From an uncultured Verrucomicrobiae bacterium (GTDB lineage Bacteria > Verrucomicrobiota > Verrucomicrobiia > Limisphaerales > JAFGQR01), in the NCBI GenBank assembly GCA_963788655.1, contig CAWBHS010000072.1, positions 224,001 through 288,000 of the forward strand: a stretch of 64,000 nucleotides of DNA, read 5' to 3'. The position numbers and the translations under genes are program-made. Positions 8,968-22,316 of the stretch are shown piece by piece (within the stretch, counting starts at the first letter, position 1; every line of letters begins with the position of its first letter). The notes beneath the pieces are model-generated. The model made no database searches. It was not told where the DNA came from and saw only the letters and a program-made list of their open reading frames with translations.

Positions 8968-11900
8968 TCATTCCAACGACAAGCTGCTGATCGACTTCGT
9001 TTCCGTGATGCCGAAATGGTCCGGGTGGTACATTTCTTCGACCTTCGCCGCCGGAGCGGTGGCCGTGCCGGCCGCGCAAACCCGTGCCAAATAGCGAACG
9101 GTGTAACTTCCCGCCGGCAGGTCGTCGCGGAAGAATAAGGCGCGGTCGTTGCGCAGTTCGTGGAAGTCGCTGACAAAATCCTCCATGGCTGGCTGGTCGG
9201 CTCCACTTTGCCGCGATTTGAACGCTGGGGTAATGGCCTGGAGCACCGCCGGCAACGGATCATCGATAGCCACATAGTGTGATGCTTGGTGGGCCACCAA
9301 GTGCAGTGTCACCACGACGCTATCGCCCACGCGCAGTCCTTTGAGATCCGGCTGCACGCTGCCATCGTTGGAGACTCGGGCGTAGGTGCGTTCGACACTG
9401 AATCCTCGGTCCTGGCGTGGCGGATGCGCCACCGTCGAGCGGGCTTCGATTTTGGTTTCAAGGTAGAGTGGGTGGCCGCTCGGATTCTTGATGGCCAGCG
9501 GGAGCTTACCGGATTGGGGTGTGAGGGGAAATGCGCGTTCCGTTACCGCGGCTTGCGTTCCCAATTCAAACGGCTCGGATTCCTTTCCCCACACCACTTG
9601 TCCGCTGGCTGGCTGCAATTGGCCCTCCACGCGCGCGGCGTATTCCGTCAGCGCATAAACCGCCCAGGCATTACCTTGCGTAGTGCTCCAGTGTCCTTCC
9701 GTCTGAGTGCGCATAAGTTCGGCCACCAACACGTCCACCACCGGATCGGCTGGACGATAGCGTGTCCAGGCGAGCAATTGCATCGCCAGATCCCGTGCGT
9801 CACAATCAAACCAATCGTCCTGTTGCCCTGGCACGCGGAGCTTCGAGTTGAGCAACTCCTCGACCATCGCCGCCGGTCCCCGGCTTTCCAGGATGGCCAG
9901 CGCCAGCAGTGAACGATTCTCAGCGGACAGGGCCGAGCGGATTTGGAACAGCTTCTCCTGGTAAGCCGGTTCCGCCCGTCCGGCCAGCGCCAACGTATAT
10001 AGCGCCAGGCAGTGCGCGTTTAGACTAAAGGAGTCGCGGGATGTCAAACTGTCACGCATCTGCTGGCTCAAGTAGTTCAGCAGGCGTTCGAAATCCGAGT
10101 CCGGCCCCGCAAGCTCGCGGCGTTTGGCCAGGGCCAGAATCATTCCTCCGTAGGCGCTGCCCCATAATGAAGGTTCGCGTCCGCCGGGCCAGTAGGACAA
10201 TCCTCCGGCCGACGTTTGCATTGAGAACAGGCGTTCGATGCCGGTGCGAATGACCTTCTCCATTTCGGCAGGCGGCTTCTCCAGGAAAGGCGCCAAACCC
10301 GGCAGTCCGTTCAATACGATCCACGGCAGCAGACTGGAGCTGGTTTGTTCGATACAGCCATACGGATAGTGCAGCAGATGCGAAATCGCCGGGGCAAGTT
10401 GGACCAGCCGGGTATTGGCAATGCTGACGGTGACGGTGCCGCGGCCTTCAAGCAACTGCGGATTGGCACTGGCCAGCAGGTTGGTGGCGTTGCCTTTCTC
10501 TCTCGCGAGATGAATTTCGGACAACAGCGGCGCGATGTAACCGACCGGCAGCGTGGATTGGACAGCGTCCGTGAATGAATCGATACCACTCTGGGCGAAG
10601 CAGGCCCGCCAGATCCATTGCGCGGTGCCGGTTTGCACGAATTGAAGGGGGAACTCCACGACGGTCGAACCGTGCGCTGCAACGCGAACGGTTTGGCTGA
10701 GCGTTTGGGAAACCGGAGGCCCCGCCGCGCCGTTGGTGACCACCACGGCTTTGTCATCCAGTTGCAGCGTCACCGCGATGTCGCCCTGGTGGTCGGTTTG
10801 GTTGAGCACCACGGCCCGGGCAATGATGCGGTCCGTGAGGTTCGCGAAACGGGGCAAGGCTGGCTCGATCATCAGCGGCTTGTTGATCTCGAACGCCGAT
10901 TCCGCGCTGCCGAACTGGCTATGAGCGGTGTGCGCCACAGCGATGACCCGATAGCGTGTGAGACTGTCCGGAGCGGTAAAACTCGCGGAGACGGTGCCGT
11001 TCGAATCGGTCAGCATGGTCGCCTTCCAAAAGGCGCAGGCCAGGAAGTTTTTGCGCAAGCGTTCGCCAGACCGGCCACCCCCGCCGATGAGATAACCTTT
11101 GTTGTGGAACTGCAGTTCTTCGGGATCTTCCGGCAACACATTGAGCAGCGACAAACCGTTGCGCACGCCCAGCGGTCGAGGCTGGTTGAACAAGGTGTAA
11201 GGATCAGGCAACTCATACCCGGTCAAACTCAAGATGCCTTCGTCCACCGCGTAAAGCGTCACTTCCGCGCCCGCCACCGGATGCTTGCCCATGTCCGCCA
11301 CCTCAGTCACGACCTGCACGGTGTCGCCCGGACGATAATCCGTCGCACTCGGGCGGACGGTGAGCTGGAGCAGCCAGTCGGAATTTTCCACACGCAAGGG
11401 GCAATAGCCGAAGCGGTATTCGGGCATCTGGAATTGCTTCGGGCTGGATTCGTAGCCGCGAAGCAGCGTGACCGAGACAAAAACGTTGGGCGCATCGTTG
11501 GTTTCAATGGGCACCCGCACTACCGGCGCGTTCCCTTCGAGGCCGGTGATGAATGACCGTTTCACTGTCTCGCGCTCGACGGTCACCAGCGCGTCGCCAC
11601 TGATGGGAGTTTTCACCAGGATTTCGGCGGTCTGACCGGGCACGTAACTCTGCTGGTCGGGCACCAATTCGATCCGCACGGCATTGCGATAGTCCCAGGC
11701 CAGTTCCTGTTCGCCAGCGACATAGAAAGTCATGGTCGTGGCAACGGCCCGGCCCGCCGCATCCTGGCTTTCCAATTGGAGCGCATAGTGGCCTGCCTCG
11801 GGAGGAATGAACGGCGGCGGCACCGGCGTCAATTCGCCGTTGGCCAGGATGGTGAAATCCTGGGTCAGCACATTGGTGAGGTGGGACTCGTTGCGATACG

Positions 11901-14900
11901 CCGGCACGCGCCCGGCGCCCTGGATGCGCACCGTGTGCCATTCGATCCGTACCAGGCTTGAGCCGCGCCTTGACCGGGTCCGGCCAACGCTGGCCATCGG
12001 CCCGGACAACGACGGCTTCGAGAGGCAAGGGCTGGCCGGCGCGCACCACGTTCTTGAACCGTTTCAAGCCCACGTAAAAATCGGAACTCTGTTGCGTAAA
12101 CTCCACGCTGCGCGAGACGGTCTGCTGATTCAAGTCGGTCATCTCGACAAACACGTTGACGGCCCGCGGTTGAGGCGCCTGCGGATTGAGGGTGATCTCC
12201 GGAGTAAAGACGAAATTGGTCTTGTCCGAATAAACGCCCTCGCCCTGAAGGTGCAACGAGCCCGGTCCCGGTTCGTCGTCGCTGTCCCGCAAGTGCTCTC
12301 CGCAGAAGGCGAAGTCTTTGAATTCCGCCGGCGCAAACCCCGCATCGTTGGCAAACAACGACCACCGCACTTTCGCCCGGGTGAGTTCCTTGCCCAAGTA
12401 ATACTTGGCGGTCACGGGCAGTTCCACCTGCTCACCGGCGGCGTAGCTGGGTTTGGCCTTGATGGTGAGTTCGAACGCATTGGGCTTGAAGTCCTGCACA
12501 AAGAACTCGTGCTGGAATTCGGCGTGCTTCAGCTTCAGCTCCGCCCGGTAACTGCCGCGGACGCCCTGCGGCAAACGTACCGATTGGTCGCACGATCCCA
12601 TGGCACTGAGCGTGAGATTGGTCTCAAAGAACAAGTGGTTTTTGGCATCAAAACATCGCAGGGTGGCCTCCAGCCCGGCAGGTATTTTGAAACCGTTCTT
12701 GTCCCAGCCGCGGGCGATGGCTTTCAGGTGCAACGTCTCGCCGGGACGATACACCGGCCGATCACTGAACAGCAGCACGCGCACCGCGTCACGGCCTGCC
12801 GACCAGTCATAGGAGATGCCATAGCTACCCAGCCATAAACCGTAGTCGTCCATTTCCAACGCATGCAGGTCGTCGCCCAATTCGGCCATCAGGTACTTGG
12901 CTTTGCCGTCAAAAGACAGGCGTGCCTGGCCCTGGTCGTCGGACACGACTTCGGCCAACGTTTCATTGTCTTCGGTCAGTACGCGCACCGTCGCTCCCGG
13001 CGCCGGCTTCCCGGTGGCATAGGAGAACACCAGGACGAACGCCTCTCCCGGCGAGCGCTTCCAAAGCAGTCCCAGGTCAGTGAGCTGAATCAAGGTTTCG
13101 GTGCCGAGCCGTTTGCGTTGCTGGTAATCGCCCGAAACCGATTCAGCCGACAGAAAGATGGCGGCTTGTTTGCGGTCGCCCAGGATGGTGTCCCAACGCA
13201 ACGGGATGGTTTCGGCCACGTCGGTTTCGTTTTTCGGACGGAGTTCTTTGCGATAGATCGTGCGTCCCGGCACCACGTCGTAATCCACTTCGTTGTAAGG
13301 CTCCAACCAATCGTACTGCCCACGATGGCGTTTAAAGTAGCTATGGTAGCCGCGCAACGCGTAGATCAACGTCTGGCGGTCGAGCAGCTTGGCGCGCAAT
13401 TCGAACTGCGGCACATTCAATGCCAGCAGCTTGAAATCGCGGTTGCCGCCCGAGAGTTGGTCGCTGGCAAAGGCCGGGAAATACAGCCGCGGCGGAATGA
13501 TGTCGAACGTGAACTGGTTCGTCCACGTGGCTTCGAGCCGGAACGGTTGAGCGGAAGGTAGGCCGCGCTGCACCGTCAACGTATAGGGCCGGTGCAAGGC
13601 AAAGTCGCCGTGGAGCACCAACTGGTTCCAACTCACATCCGCGGTGAGATCATTCACGGCCGGCGCAACGGAAATCCATTCCGTGAAGTTGGTGGCATTG
13701 AGATTGGTGGAAACCTGTTTGGAGAACGCCAGCGTGAGCGTCTTGCCACGATTGATGATGTTGTTCGCCTGGGCCTTGGTGATTTCGAATGGACGCACGT
13801 CGCCAATCAACACCTCGAAATTCTGCGGTAACCGCAGATCGTCGTCGCGCGCCGGCAGTCCTTTGGCGAGCACCAGTTTCCAGGCACGTCCGGGCGAGAG
13901 CGGGTGCGCAGGCCAGGCGACCAGGCGATGGGGAAAACCGGGGGGCGCATTGGTGGCAAGGTTGTCCGGCAGATCGGTTGAAGGTTCCTCTGTGCCCGAG
14001 TTTTCCCGAGCATTGGAAAATTGATCCTGCCAGGACAACGGGGAATTGGGATAAATCTGGAAATAATCATCCGTGTCCGCCTGGCGCACATTGGCCGCGA
14101 CGCGGTTGCCTTCCTGGTCGCGAAAACTCATGAACGGACTCGCGGCGCTGGCACTGACGTTGGCGTTGAACTGAAGCTTGATGATGGGTTCCGCCGACGC
14201 ATTTCGGGAGGAGTATTCACTCGGAGTCGCATTCATGGCCGTAAACGGCGGTGTTCGTAGCGTGCGATTCAATCGCGCCCGCCCCGAATGGCCAGCGGGA
14301 TCTCTGAGCCCGGCGCGCAGCGTGAACAGATAGCTCCGGTTCAATGCGAGCGCTTCGCTGGGCGTGAACACTCCGCTGCGCGTGCTCAGCCAGGTAAAGG
14401 TGCCCGCGACCGGCGGAGAAATGGCCAACGGTGATGGGGTGGCAGTTTGGCCGACTTTCTCGGCGCTGACCACGGGCGCGTCAAACCGTAGTTCAAAGGT
14501 GCTGCTGGGTGCCAGATCGTCGGTGTTCAGCACCAATTGCACTCCCACCGAGGATTCCCTCGAGGAGGAACAACTGGCGCCCAAGAACGCGACACTCAAC
14601 AAAGCGAGCACCCTGAACACAATCCCGGCGCCGGCGAATCTGGTATGGCGTAATCTTAGAGCCTGTTTTAAAATTCGGCGTGGTCCTGTTTTCGCGGAAA
14701 AGGCCGGCTGGCGAGGCGCGACGAAGGAGCATACCCGCCAGCGGTCTGGGACTGAGAAGCAACGAAGGCAGTCGGCCTTTTCCGCGAAAACCCGCAGGGC
14801 GGTGGCTCTTTTGCCCGGGGGCTTCGTTGGCTCGGTCCTTACAGCCCACTGCGGGGATGCGCGGACCTCGCCGCCTCGCCCCCGTCCAATATCCCTCGCC

Positions 14901-14938
14901 GCAGGACCTCGCCCAATTTTAAAACAGGCTCTTAACAT
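8968..14938 (-). CDS. Bacterial alpha-2-macroglobulin lipoprotein (one +1 indel at ~11958, probably a sequencing error)
   Basis: Lipobox FLGASC; MG2 motif LFSDRPVYRPGE; thioester motif YPYGCIEQ; C-terminal FRDDLPAG..VEEMYHP. ORFs 11504-14938 and 8968-12009 join by removing one base. Start is either ATG 14938 or GTG 14620. Confidence 0.9.
14659..14931. mobile_element. 273-bp MITE with 17-bp terminal inverted repeats and TTA target-site duplication (IS5/IS1031-like ends)
   Basis: TTA|GAGCCTGTTTTAAAATT ... AATTTTAAAACAGGCTC|TTA; no transposase; internal hairpin TTTTCGCGGAAAAGGCCG ... CGGCCTTTTCCGCGAAAA. Confidence 0.85.
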
Positions 14939-15020
14939 AATCTTGCCGCTTTCATGCGTCGTTTCATCCGCAACAACGCGCAGGACCGGAAAGTTAATTG
15001 CTCAGAAATACCGACAATCT

Positions 15021-15091
15021 GTAGCTGCCGACGTAAAGAGGCGGACCGTAAGCATCCTGACCGTGCTCCGTCTCCTGGCATCGGCGGCGGC
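15021..15091. repeat. Degenerate copy of the GTAGCNGCCGACGT REP-like doublet
   Basis: GTAGCTGCCGACGTAAAGAGGCGGA ... TCCGTCTCCTGGCATCGGCGGCGGC. Confidence 0.6.
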
Positions 15092-15390
15092 GGGCTTGAA
15101 ATATCCGAGTTAGCCAACCTGCCGGTCGATGTCTCGATGCCCGGGTTGCGGATTTGTGAGACTGACACCCTTGAGGCTGAAGCGATCTGTGTTGGAGTCA
15201 AAATAATTTTGTTCACAAAAACTGCCGTGGCACCCATGTCCACAATTCAACGACGGCAAACATCATGATCACCTTGGACATCTGATTTGTTGCGGAGACG
15301 TCGCTGCGGGGCAGGTGGTTGGTGCAGGATGGGAACGACCCACGAGGCGCCGTGCTTGACGCTCGGCCTTCCGGCCATGTTAATCGCCCC

Positions 15391-17478
15391 ATGCACAAAC
15401 TGATTCAGTACCGGACCTTCGCGACGTTCTGCTTCGGAATCTTCTATTTGGCCGCGGGGGGAGTGTTTGCCGCCAAACCCGTCATCCGGGAAATCGTGGT
15501 GACGAATGACTTGGCGCTTGAAGCGGGCGCCACCTTATCGGCGCGGTTGGTGGTCCGCGCCAGCCACGTGACGATTGATGGCCGCGGTGCCACGCTGGTC
15601 GGCGCCGGTCAGGTCGGTGATCCAAAATCGCTGGAAACCGCCGGGGTTGGGATCACGATTGAAGGCGCAGTCGGGGTAACGGTGAAGAACCTCAAAGTGC
15701 GCGGATTTGCTACGGGCCTGGTGCTGCGGCATTGTCGGGCGGTGATGATCACGGACTGCGACTTATCGGACAACTACCACAATCCCAAGCACGGCTGGGG
15801 AGAACTGCCGCCGCGGGGAGGTATTCGGCTGGAGGACGTGCATCAAAGTGTCATTCGCCATAATCACGCCAACCGTGTCTGGGACGCGCTTCACTTGGTG
15901 GATTCCGATGACAACTTGGTCGAGGACAATGATTTTTCCCATTGTTCAAACACCTGCGCAAAATTATGGCACTCGTCGCACAATCAATTTCTAAACAACA
16001 ACCTTTCCTACGGCATTCGCATTGATCGCGCCGCCGGCGAAGTCCACGCCCGGGATTCGACTTCGGTACTCATCGAAACGGGTTCGAACGACAATTACTG
16101 GTATCGCAATGACATCACCCACGGCGGCGATGGCATTTTCATTCGCCCGCTAAACCGCTGGGTTTCGCGCGGCAATGTGTTTGTGGAAAACGACACGTCC
16201 TACGCGAACAACAATTGCGTGGAATCCTGGAGTCCGGGGAACACCTTTATCCGCAACGCAGCCAACCACGGTAGCTACGGGTTCTGGCTGGGCGGCAGCG
16301 ATCAGACGGTGCTTATCGGCAACGAAGCGGCGTTCAACGGGCTCACGAATGGTTATCACAATGCGCCCGAACCCGGCTTCCGCCACGGCGGCATTGTGAT
16401 TGTGGGCGGACCTTCGAGTCACACGCGGATTGAAGGCAATTATCTCCACGACAACAACGGCGCGGGCCTGGCCTTCCGCGGCGACTCCGGCTCGCAAGGA
16501 CAGCGGTGGCGCACAGAGCATTGGGTGGTGCAGCAAAACCGGATTGCGAACAACCGGTTCGGCGTCTGGGGGCGATGGGGGGAAGCAATTTTGATGGCGG
16601 CGAATGAGTTCACCAACAATACCGAGGGCAACTTCATCCAGGATGTCACCGACCAGATCGACTTGCCGGCGAATCCCGCCGTTCAAATCGCCCCGACTGC
16701 GAAGATTCTCGCTCCGGAAGTGGCGTTGACGGGACAAAGCATCCGGTTCGATGCCAGTCTCAGCCAGGACTTCCTGGGCCGCCCGTTGAATTTCCATTGG
16801 TGGCTGGCCGGCCCGGCCGGTGAGCAATCCGTGCTCGAACGCACGTTTGCCAAACCGGGCTTTTATCGCTTGGGGCTGACCGTGGACAATGGCGCGCTGG
16901 CCGGTCTTGCCTGGCGGGATTTGTTCGTGGTGCAACCGGTAACGCGGGAGCTGGGTACTGAAGGGCAAGCCAGCCGTTGGGGATACGAACTTGAATGGAA
17001 CCAAGACGGCAAGGGCCGGATCATTTTTGCGGACGACCCGCAGGGACTCATTGGTCGTGCCTGCCTGCGGTTCACGCCCAATCCTTATCCCGGCGCGTAT
17101 GCCACGGCCATTTATCCCGCGACGCGCGATGCGGGCTGGAGCTTTGCGGGCAAGCAGGAAATCCGTTTCTGGATCAAAGCGCAGAATCCCAATTTGCCCG
17201 GCTATCAAAACGCCGGTCCGGTGATTCGTCTGCTGGGCGCCGGCGGACAAATCGAATTCAAACCGGTCAAGGATGCCAATCTGCTGAACGATCCGCCGTT
17301 CAGCGAAGCGCGCTGGCTCTGGATGCCAATCACCATACCACTCTCTGGTGACGCCCAGTGGCAACGCACAGCGACGGGATCGGTTGGGCTTGGACGCATC
17401 GAAGCTCTCAGCATCTCGATTGATTCCTGGGGCAGCGATCCGTTCATCGTGTGGCTGGATGGCCTGACGGTGGAGTAG
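15391..17478 (+). CDS. Secreted right-handed parallel beta-helix protein with PKD domain and C-terminal carbohydrate-binding-like domain
   Basis: Signal-like N-terminus; Asn-rich PbH1-type repeats (DSDDNLVEDNDFS, NTFIRN); PKD-like segment IRFDASLS..FAKPGFYRLGLTVDNG. Confidence 0.75.
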   Translation: MHKLIQYRTFATFCFGIFYLAAGGVFAAKPVIREIVVTNDLALEAGATLSARLVVRASHVTIDGRGATLVGAGQVGDPKSLETAGVGITIEGAVGVTVKNLKVRGFATGLVLRHCRAVMITDCDLSDNYHNPKHGWGELPPRGGIRLEDVHQSVIRHNHANRVWDALHLVDSDDNLVEDNDFSHCSNTCAKLWHSSHNQFLNNNLSYGIRIDRAAGEVHARDSTSVLIETGSNDNYWYRNDITHGGDGIFIRPLNRWVSRGNVFVENDTSYANNNCVESWSPGNTFIRNAANHGSYGFWLGGSDQTVLIGNEAAFNGLTNGYHNAPEPGFRHGGIVIVGGPSSHTRIEGNYLHDNNGAGLAFRGDSGSQGQRWRTEHWVVQQNRIANNRFGVWGRWGEAILMAANEFTNNTEGNFIQDVTDQIDLPANPAVQIAPTAKILAPEVALTGQSIRFDASLSQDFLGRPLNFHWWLAGPAGEQSVLERTFAKPGFYRLGLTVDNGALAGLAWRDLFVVQPVTRELGTEGQASRWGYELEWNQDGKGRIIFADDPQGLIGRACLRFTPNPYPGAYATAIYPATRDAGWSFAGKQEIRFWIKAQNPNLPGYQNAGPVIRLLGAGGQIEFKPVKDANLLNDPPFSEARWLWMPITIPLSGDAQWQRTATGSVGLGRIEALSISIDSWGSDPFIVWLDGLTVE

Positions 17479-17650
17479 CGTGCTGCCGGCATCTTGCCGG
17501 CAGATCGAACGGAAAAAGACGCTGCCAATTGGCCAGGCAGTTCGAGCGCACTTGGCGCTTCCGAGGCCGGCACCGGTTCGGATGTTCACGATGCATCCGT
17601 TTCTGCCGGCGAGACGCCGGCAGCACGTTGGAAGCAGCACGTTGCCGGCG
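17475..17650. repeat. REP-like inverted doublet (CGTGCTGCCGGCATCTTGCCGGCAG family)
   Basis: GTAGCGTGCTGCCGGCATCTTGCCGGCAG ... CTGCCGGCGAGACGCCGGCAGCACGT; the leading GTAG contains the upstream gene's TAG stop. Confidence 0.88.
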
Positions 17651-17747
17651 GGGCTCTATTCCTTTAAGGTTGGTAAGGTTTTCCAAACGGCAAACCAAGC
17701 GTTTGCCTGGTGGTCGCAACGCCGCTCACATCTGAAGTTAAACCAAC

Positions 17748-19301
17748 ATGGCAGGAATCCGCATGAATCAGAAGAACCTCCATCAAGCTGAAGGTATCCT
17801 TTTTACGGACCAATACCAACTGACCATGGCTCAACTGTATTTTCGGTTGGGGTTGGCGGAAAAACCTGCATTGTTCGAACATTTCTTTCGGAGCTATCCG
17901 GACTACGGCGCGCATCAAGCCGGCTATTGCATTAACGCCGGTCTGGCCTGGTTGCTCCAATGGATGCAACAAGCGCGGTTCGAAGCGGACGACATCGAAT
18001 GCTTGCGGTCACAACGTGGAAAGAACGGCCAACCCACCTTTGCCGAGGATTTCCTGGAATGGTTGGCTGGTCGCGATTTCAGTGAAGTCACTTTGCACGC
18101 CATTCCGGAGGGTTGCACCGTTCACGCCAACGTGCCGTTAACGGTTGCCGAAGGTCCGCTCGGGATGGCTCAGATTCTGGAGACTGCCTTGTTGAACCAA
18201 CTGAACTATCAAACCCTGGTCGCCACCAAGGCGGCACGCATCAAGCACAGTGGCGAAGGGCAGGTTATCATCGACTTCGGCACGCGGCGGGCGCAAGCCC
18301 GAGGCGCCAGTGCCGGCGTGCGCGCGGCGCTGATTGGTGGCGCCGATTTCAGTTCCAATACCGGCGTGTCCCACAGGTTGGGTTTGCCGCCCAAGGGAAC
18401 TCACGCCCATAGCATGGTCCAGGTTTTCCTGGCGCTGGGGGAGGGGGAACTGGGTGCCTTCCGTGCCTACGCGGACTTGTATCCTGACGATTGTCTGCTG
18501 TTGGTGGACACGATCAACACGTTGGAAAGCGGGGTGCCCAACGCGATCACCGTCTTTGAAGAATTGAAACGCAAAGGACATTCGCCGGTGGGCATTCGGC
18601 TGGATTCCGGCGACTTGGCCTATCTCAGCATTCGCGCCGCCCGCATGCTGAACGATGCCGGTTTTCCGGACGCGCAAATTGTCCTGTCGAATCAACTGGA
18701 CGAACTCATCCTGCTCCAGATTATCCGGCAGATCCGCGAGGAAGCGCCGCGTCATGGCGTGGACGCCGACCATCTCATTCGTCGGTTGGTGTATGGCGTT
18801 GGCACTCGCATGATCACGTCCGCGGGCGATTCCGCCCTCAACGGCGTTTACAAGTTGGTGGCCGTCCAGGACCACGGTGAATGGCAACCCGCCGTCAAGC
18901 TCTCCGAGGTTCCGGAAAAAACCCTGAATCCCGGCAAGAAACGGGTCTGGCGAATCTATGACGAACGGGAGATGGCCTCGGCTGACGTGCTGGCCCTCGA
19001 GGAGGAAGACTTGGCGGCGAGCGAACCCCTGGTGTTGCAGCATCCGCTGTCGTCCGGAAAAAGCCGGCGCCTCTCGCGTCAACAAATCGTACGCCTCGAA
19101 CCGTTGCTGACGGAGGTTTGGAAAAGCGGCGCGCCGACCTTCGAGCCGGAGAGCCTCGAGGTCATTCGGCAACGGCGCGATGAAGATTTGGCGCGCCTCG
19201 ATCCGGGCGTCCGACGGATTGTCAACCCGCACGTGTACCATGTGTCCTTGACCCAACGGCTTTGGGATTTGAAACGCAAATTGATCGAGTCGATGCGCTG
19301 A
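17748..19301 (+). CDS. pncB: Nicotinate phosphoribosyltransferase
   Basis: [24 protein letters not shown] (phospho-His), [20 protein letters not shown]. Start could be 17763. Confidence 0.93.
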   Translation: MAGIRMNQKNLHQAEGILFTDQYQLTMAQLYFRLGLAEKPALFEHFFRSYPDYGAHQAGYCINAGLAWLLQWMQQARFEADDIECLRSQRGKNGQPTFAEDFLEWLAGRDFSEVTLHAIPEGCTVHANVPLTVAEGPLGMAQILETALLNQLNYQTLVATKAARIKHSGEGQVIIDFGTRRAQARGASAGVRAALIGGADFSSNTGVSHRLGLPPKGTHAHSMVQVFLALGEGELGAFRAYADLYPDDCLLLVDTINTLESGVPNAITVFEELKRKGHSPVGIRLDSGDLAYLSIRAARMLNDAGFPDAQIVLSNQLDELILLQIIRQIREEAPRHGVDADHLIRRLVYGVGTRMITSAGDSALNGVYKLVAVQDHGEWQPAVKLSEVPEKTLNPGKKRVWRIYDEREMASADVLALEEEDLAASEPLVLQHPLSSGKSRRLSRQQIVRLEPLLTEVWKSGAPTFEPESLEVIRQRRDEDLARLDPGVRRIVNPHVYHVSLTQRLWDLKRKLIESMR

Positions 19302-19370
19302 GGTCAACGTTTCAATTCAACCACTGATGGACACATACTGATGAGACCGCGGGAGGGGCTACGCTTTGCC

Positions 19371-19416
19371 GTAGCGCAGATTTTGAATCTGCCGTATCGC
19401 CGAATTGCATTCGGCA
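19371..19416. repeat. Single REP-like palindrome (GTAGCGCAGATTTTGAATCTGC)
   Basis: GTAG followed by hairpins GCAGATTTTGAATCTGC and GCCGAATTGCATTCGGC. Confidence 0.55.
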
Positions 19417-19508
19417 ACCTGTCCGCAGCTCCGAAGCCGGCGGGGATAGGCGTGGCGCATGTCCTGCCAACGCATTTGTGCGTCACGGGTTCCCAGTTTC
19501 CATCGTGA

Positions 19509-21646
<2,138 letters not shown>

Positions 21647-21670
21647 AGTGCGGCCTTGCCGCGCGGACAA

Positions 21671-22302
21671 CGTGCTGCCGGCATCTTGCCGGCAGTCTGG
21701 AACAGGAGCGGTGAATAATGCCCGATCCTCAATGCCCACTGCTCCTGCAACCTGCTGCTCGATTCTCGTTTTGGCGCTTGGGCTTTGGGCGTTCTTTGGT
21801 CCTTGGTCGTTGGCTATTGGGCATTGTCGTCCCAGCCATGGACATTCGATCGCCACTCTTGCATTCGTTTCTGCCGGCGAGACGCCAGCAGCACGTTGTT
21901 GGCAGCGTGCTGCCGGCATCTTGCCGGCAGTTTGGAACAGGAGCGGTGAATAATGCCCGATCCCCAATGCTCATCGTTCCTGCAACCTGCTGCTCGATTG
22001 TCGTTTTGGCGCTTGGTCCTTGGTCGTTGGCTATTGGGCATTGTCGTCCCCACCATGTACGTTCGATCGCCACGCTTGCATTCGTTTCTGCCGGCGGGAC
22101 GCCGGCAGCACGTTGGCAGCGTGCTGCCGGCATCTTGCCGGCAGTTTGGAACAGGAGCGGCGAATAATGCCCAATCCCCAATGCTCATCGTTCCTGCAAC
22201 CTGCTGCTCGATTGTCGTTTTGGCGCTTGGTCTTTGGTCGTTGGCTATTGGGCATTGTCGTCCCCACCATGGGCGGGACGCCGGCAGCACGTTGTTGGCA
22301 GC
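21671..22302. repeat. Three tandem copies (235, 214 and ~180 bp) of a composite unit: REP arm + TTGGNNN heptamers + inverted REP arm
   Basis: CGTGCTGCCGGCATCTTGCCGGCAG..TGGAACAGGAGCGG starts at 21671, 21906 and 22120; lies between convergent genes. Confidence 0.92.
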
Positions 22303-22316
22303 GACGATTGCTCTTG

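Noticed and set aside
8288..9079. 263-aa and 225-aa ORFs with internal repeats
   Set aside because: They are translations of the palindromic tandem repeat (PSPRPSPLGRG / PLTLTLSLRER), not credible genes.
17650..17747. NAD-related riboswitch or NrtR site upstream of pncB
   Set aside because: Only a short hairpin (GGCAAAC-N5-GTTTGCC) is visible; I cannot match it to a known motif. A covariance-model search would be needed.
21671..22302. CRISPR array
   Set aside because: The intervening sequences are near-identical to one another, units exceed 200 bp, and no cas genes are present.
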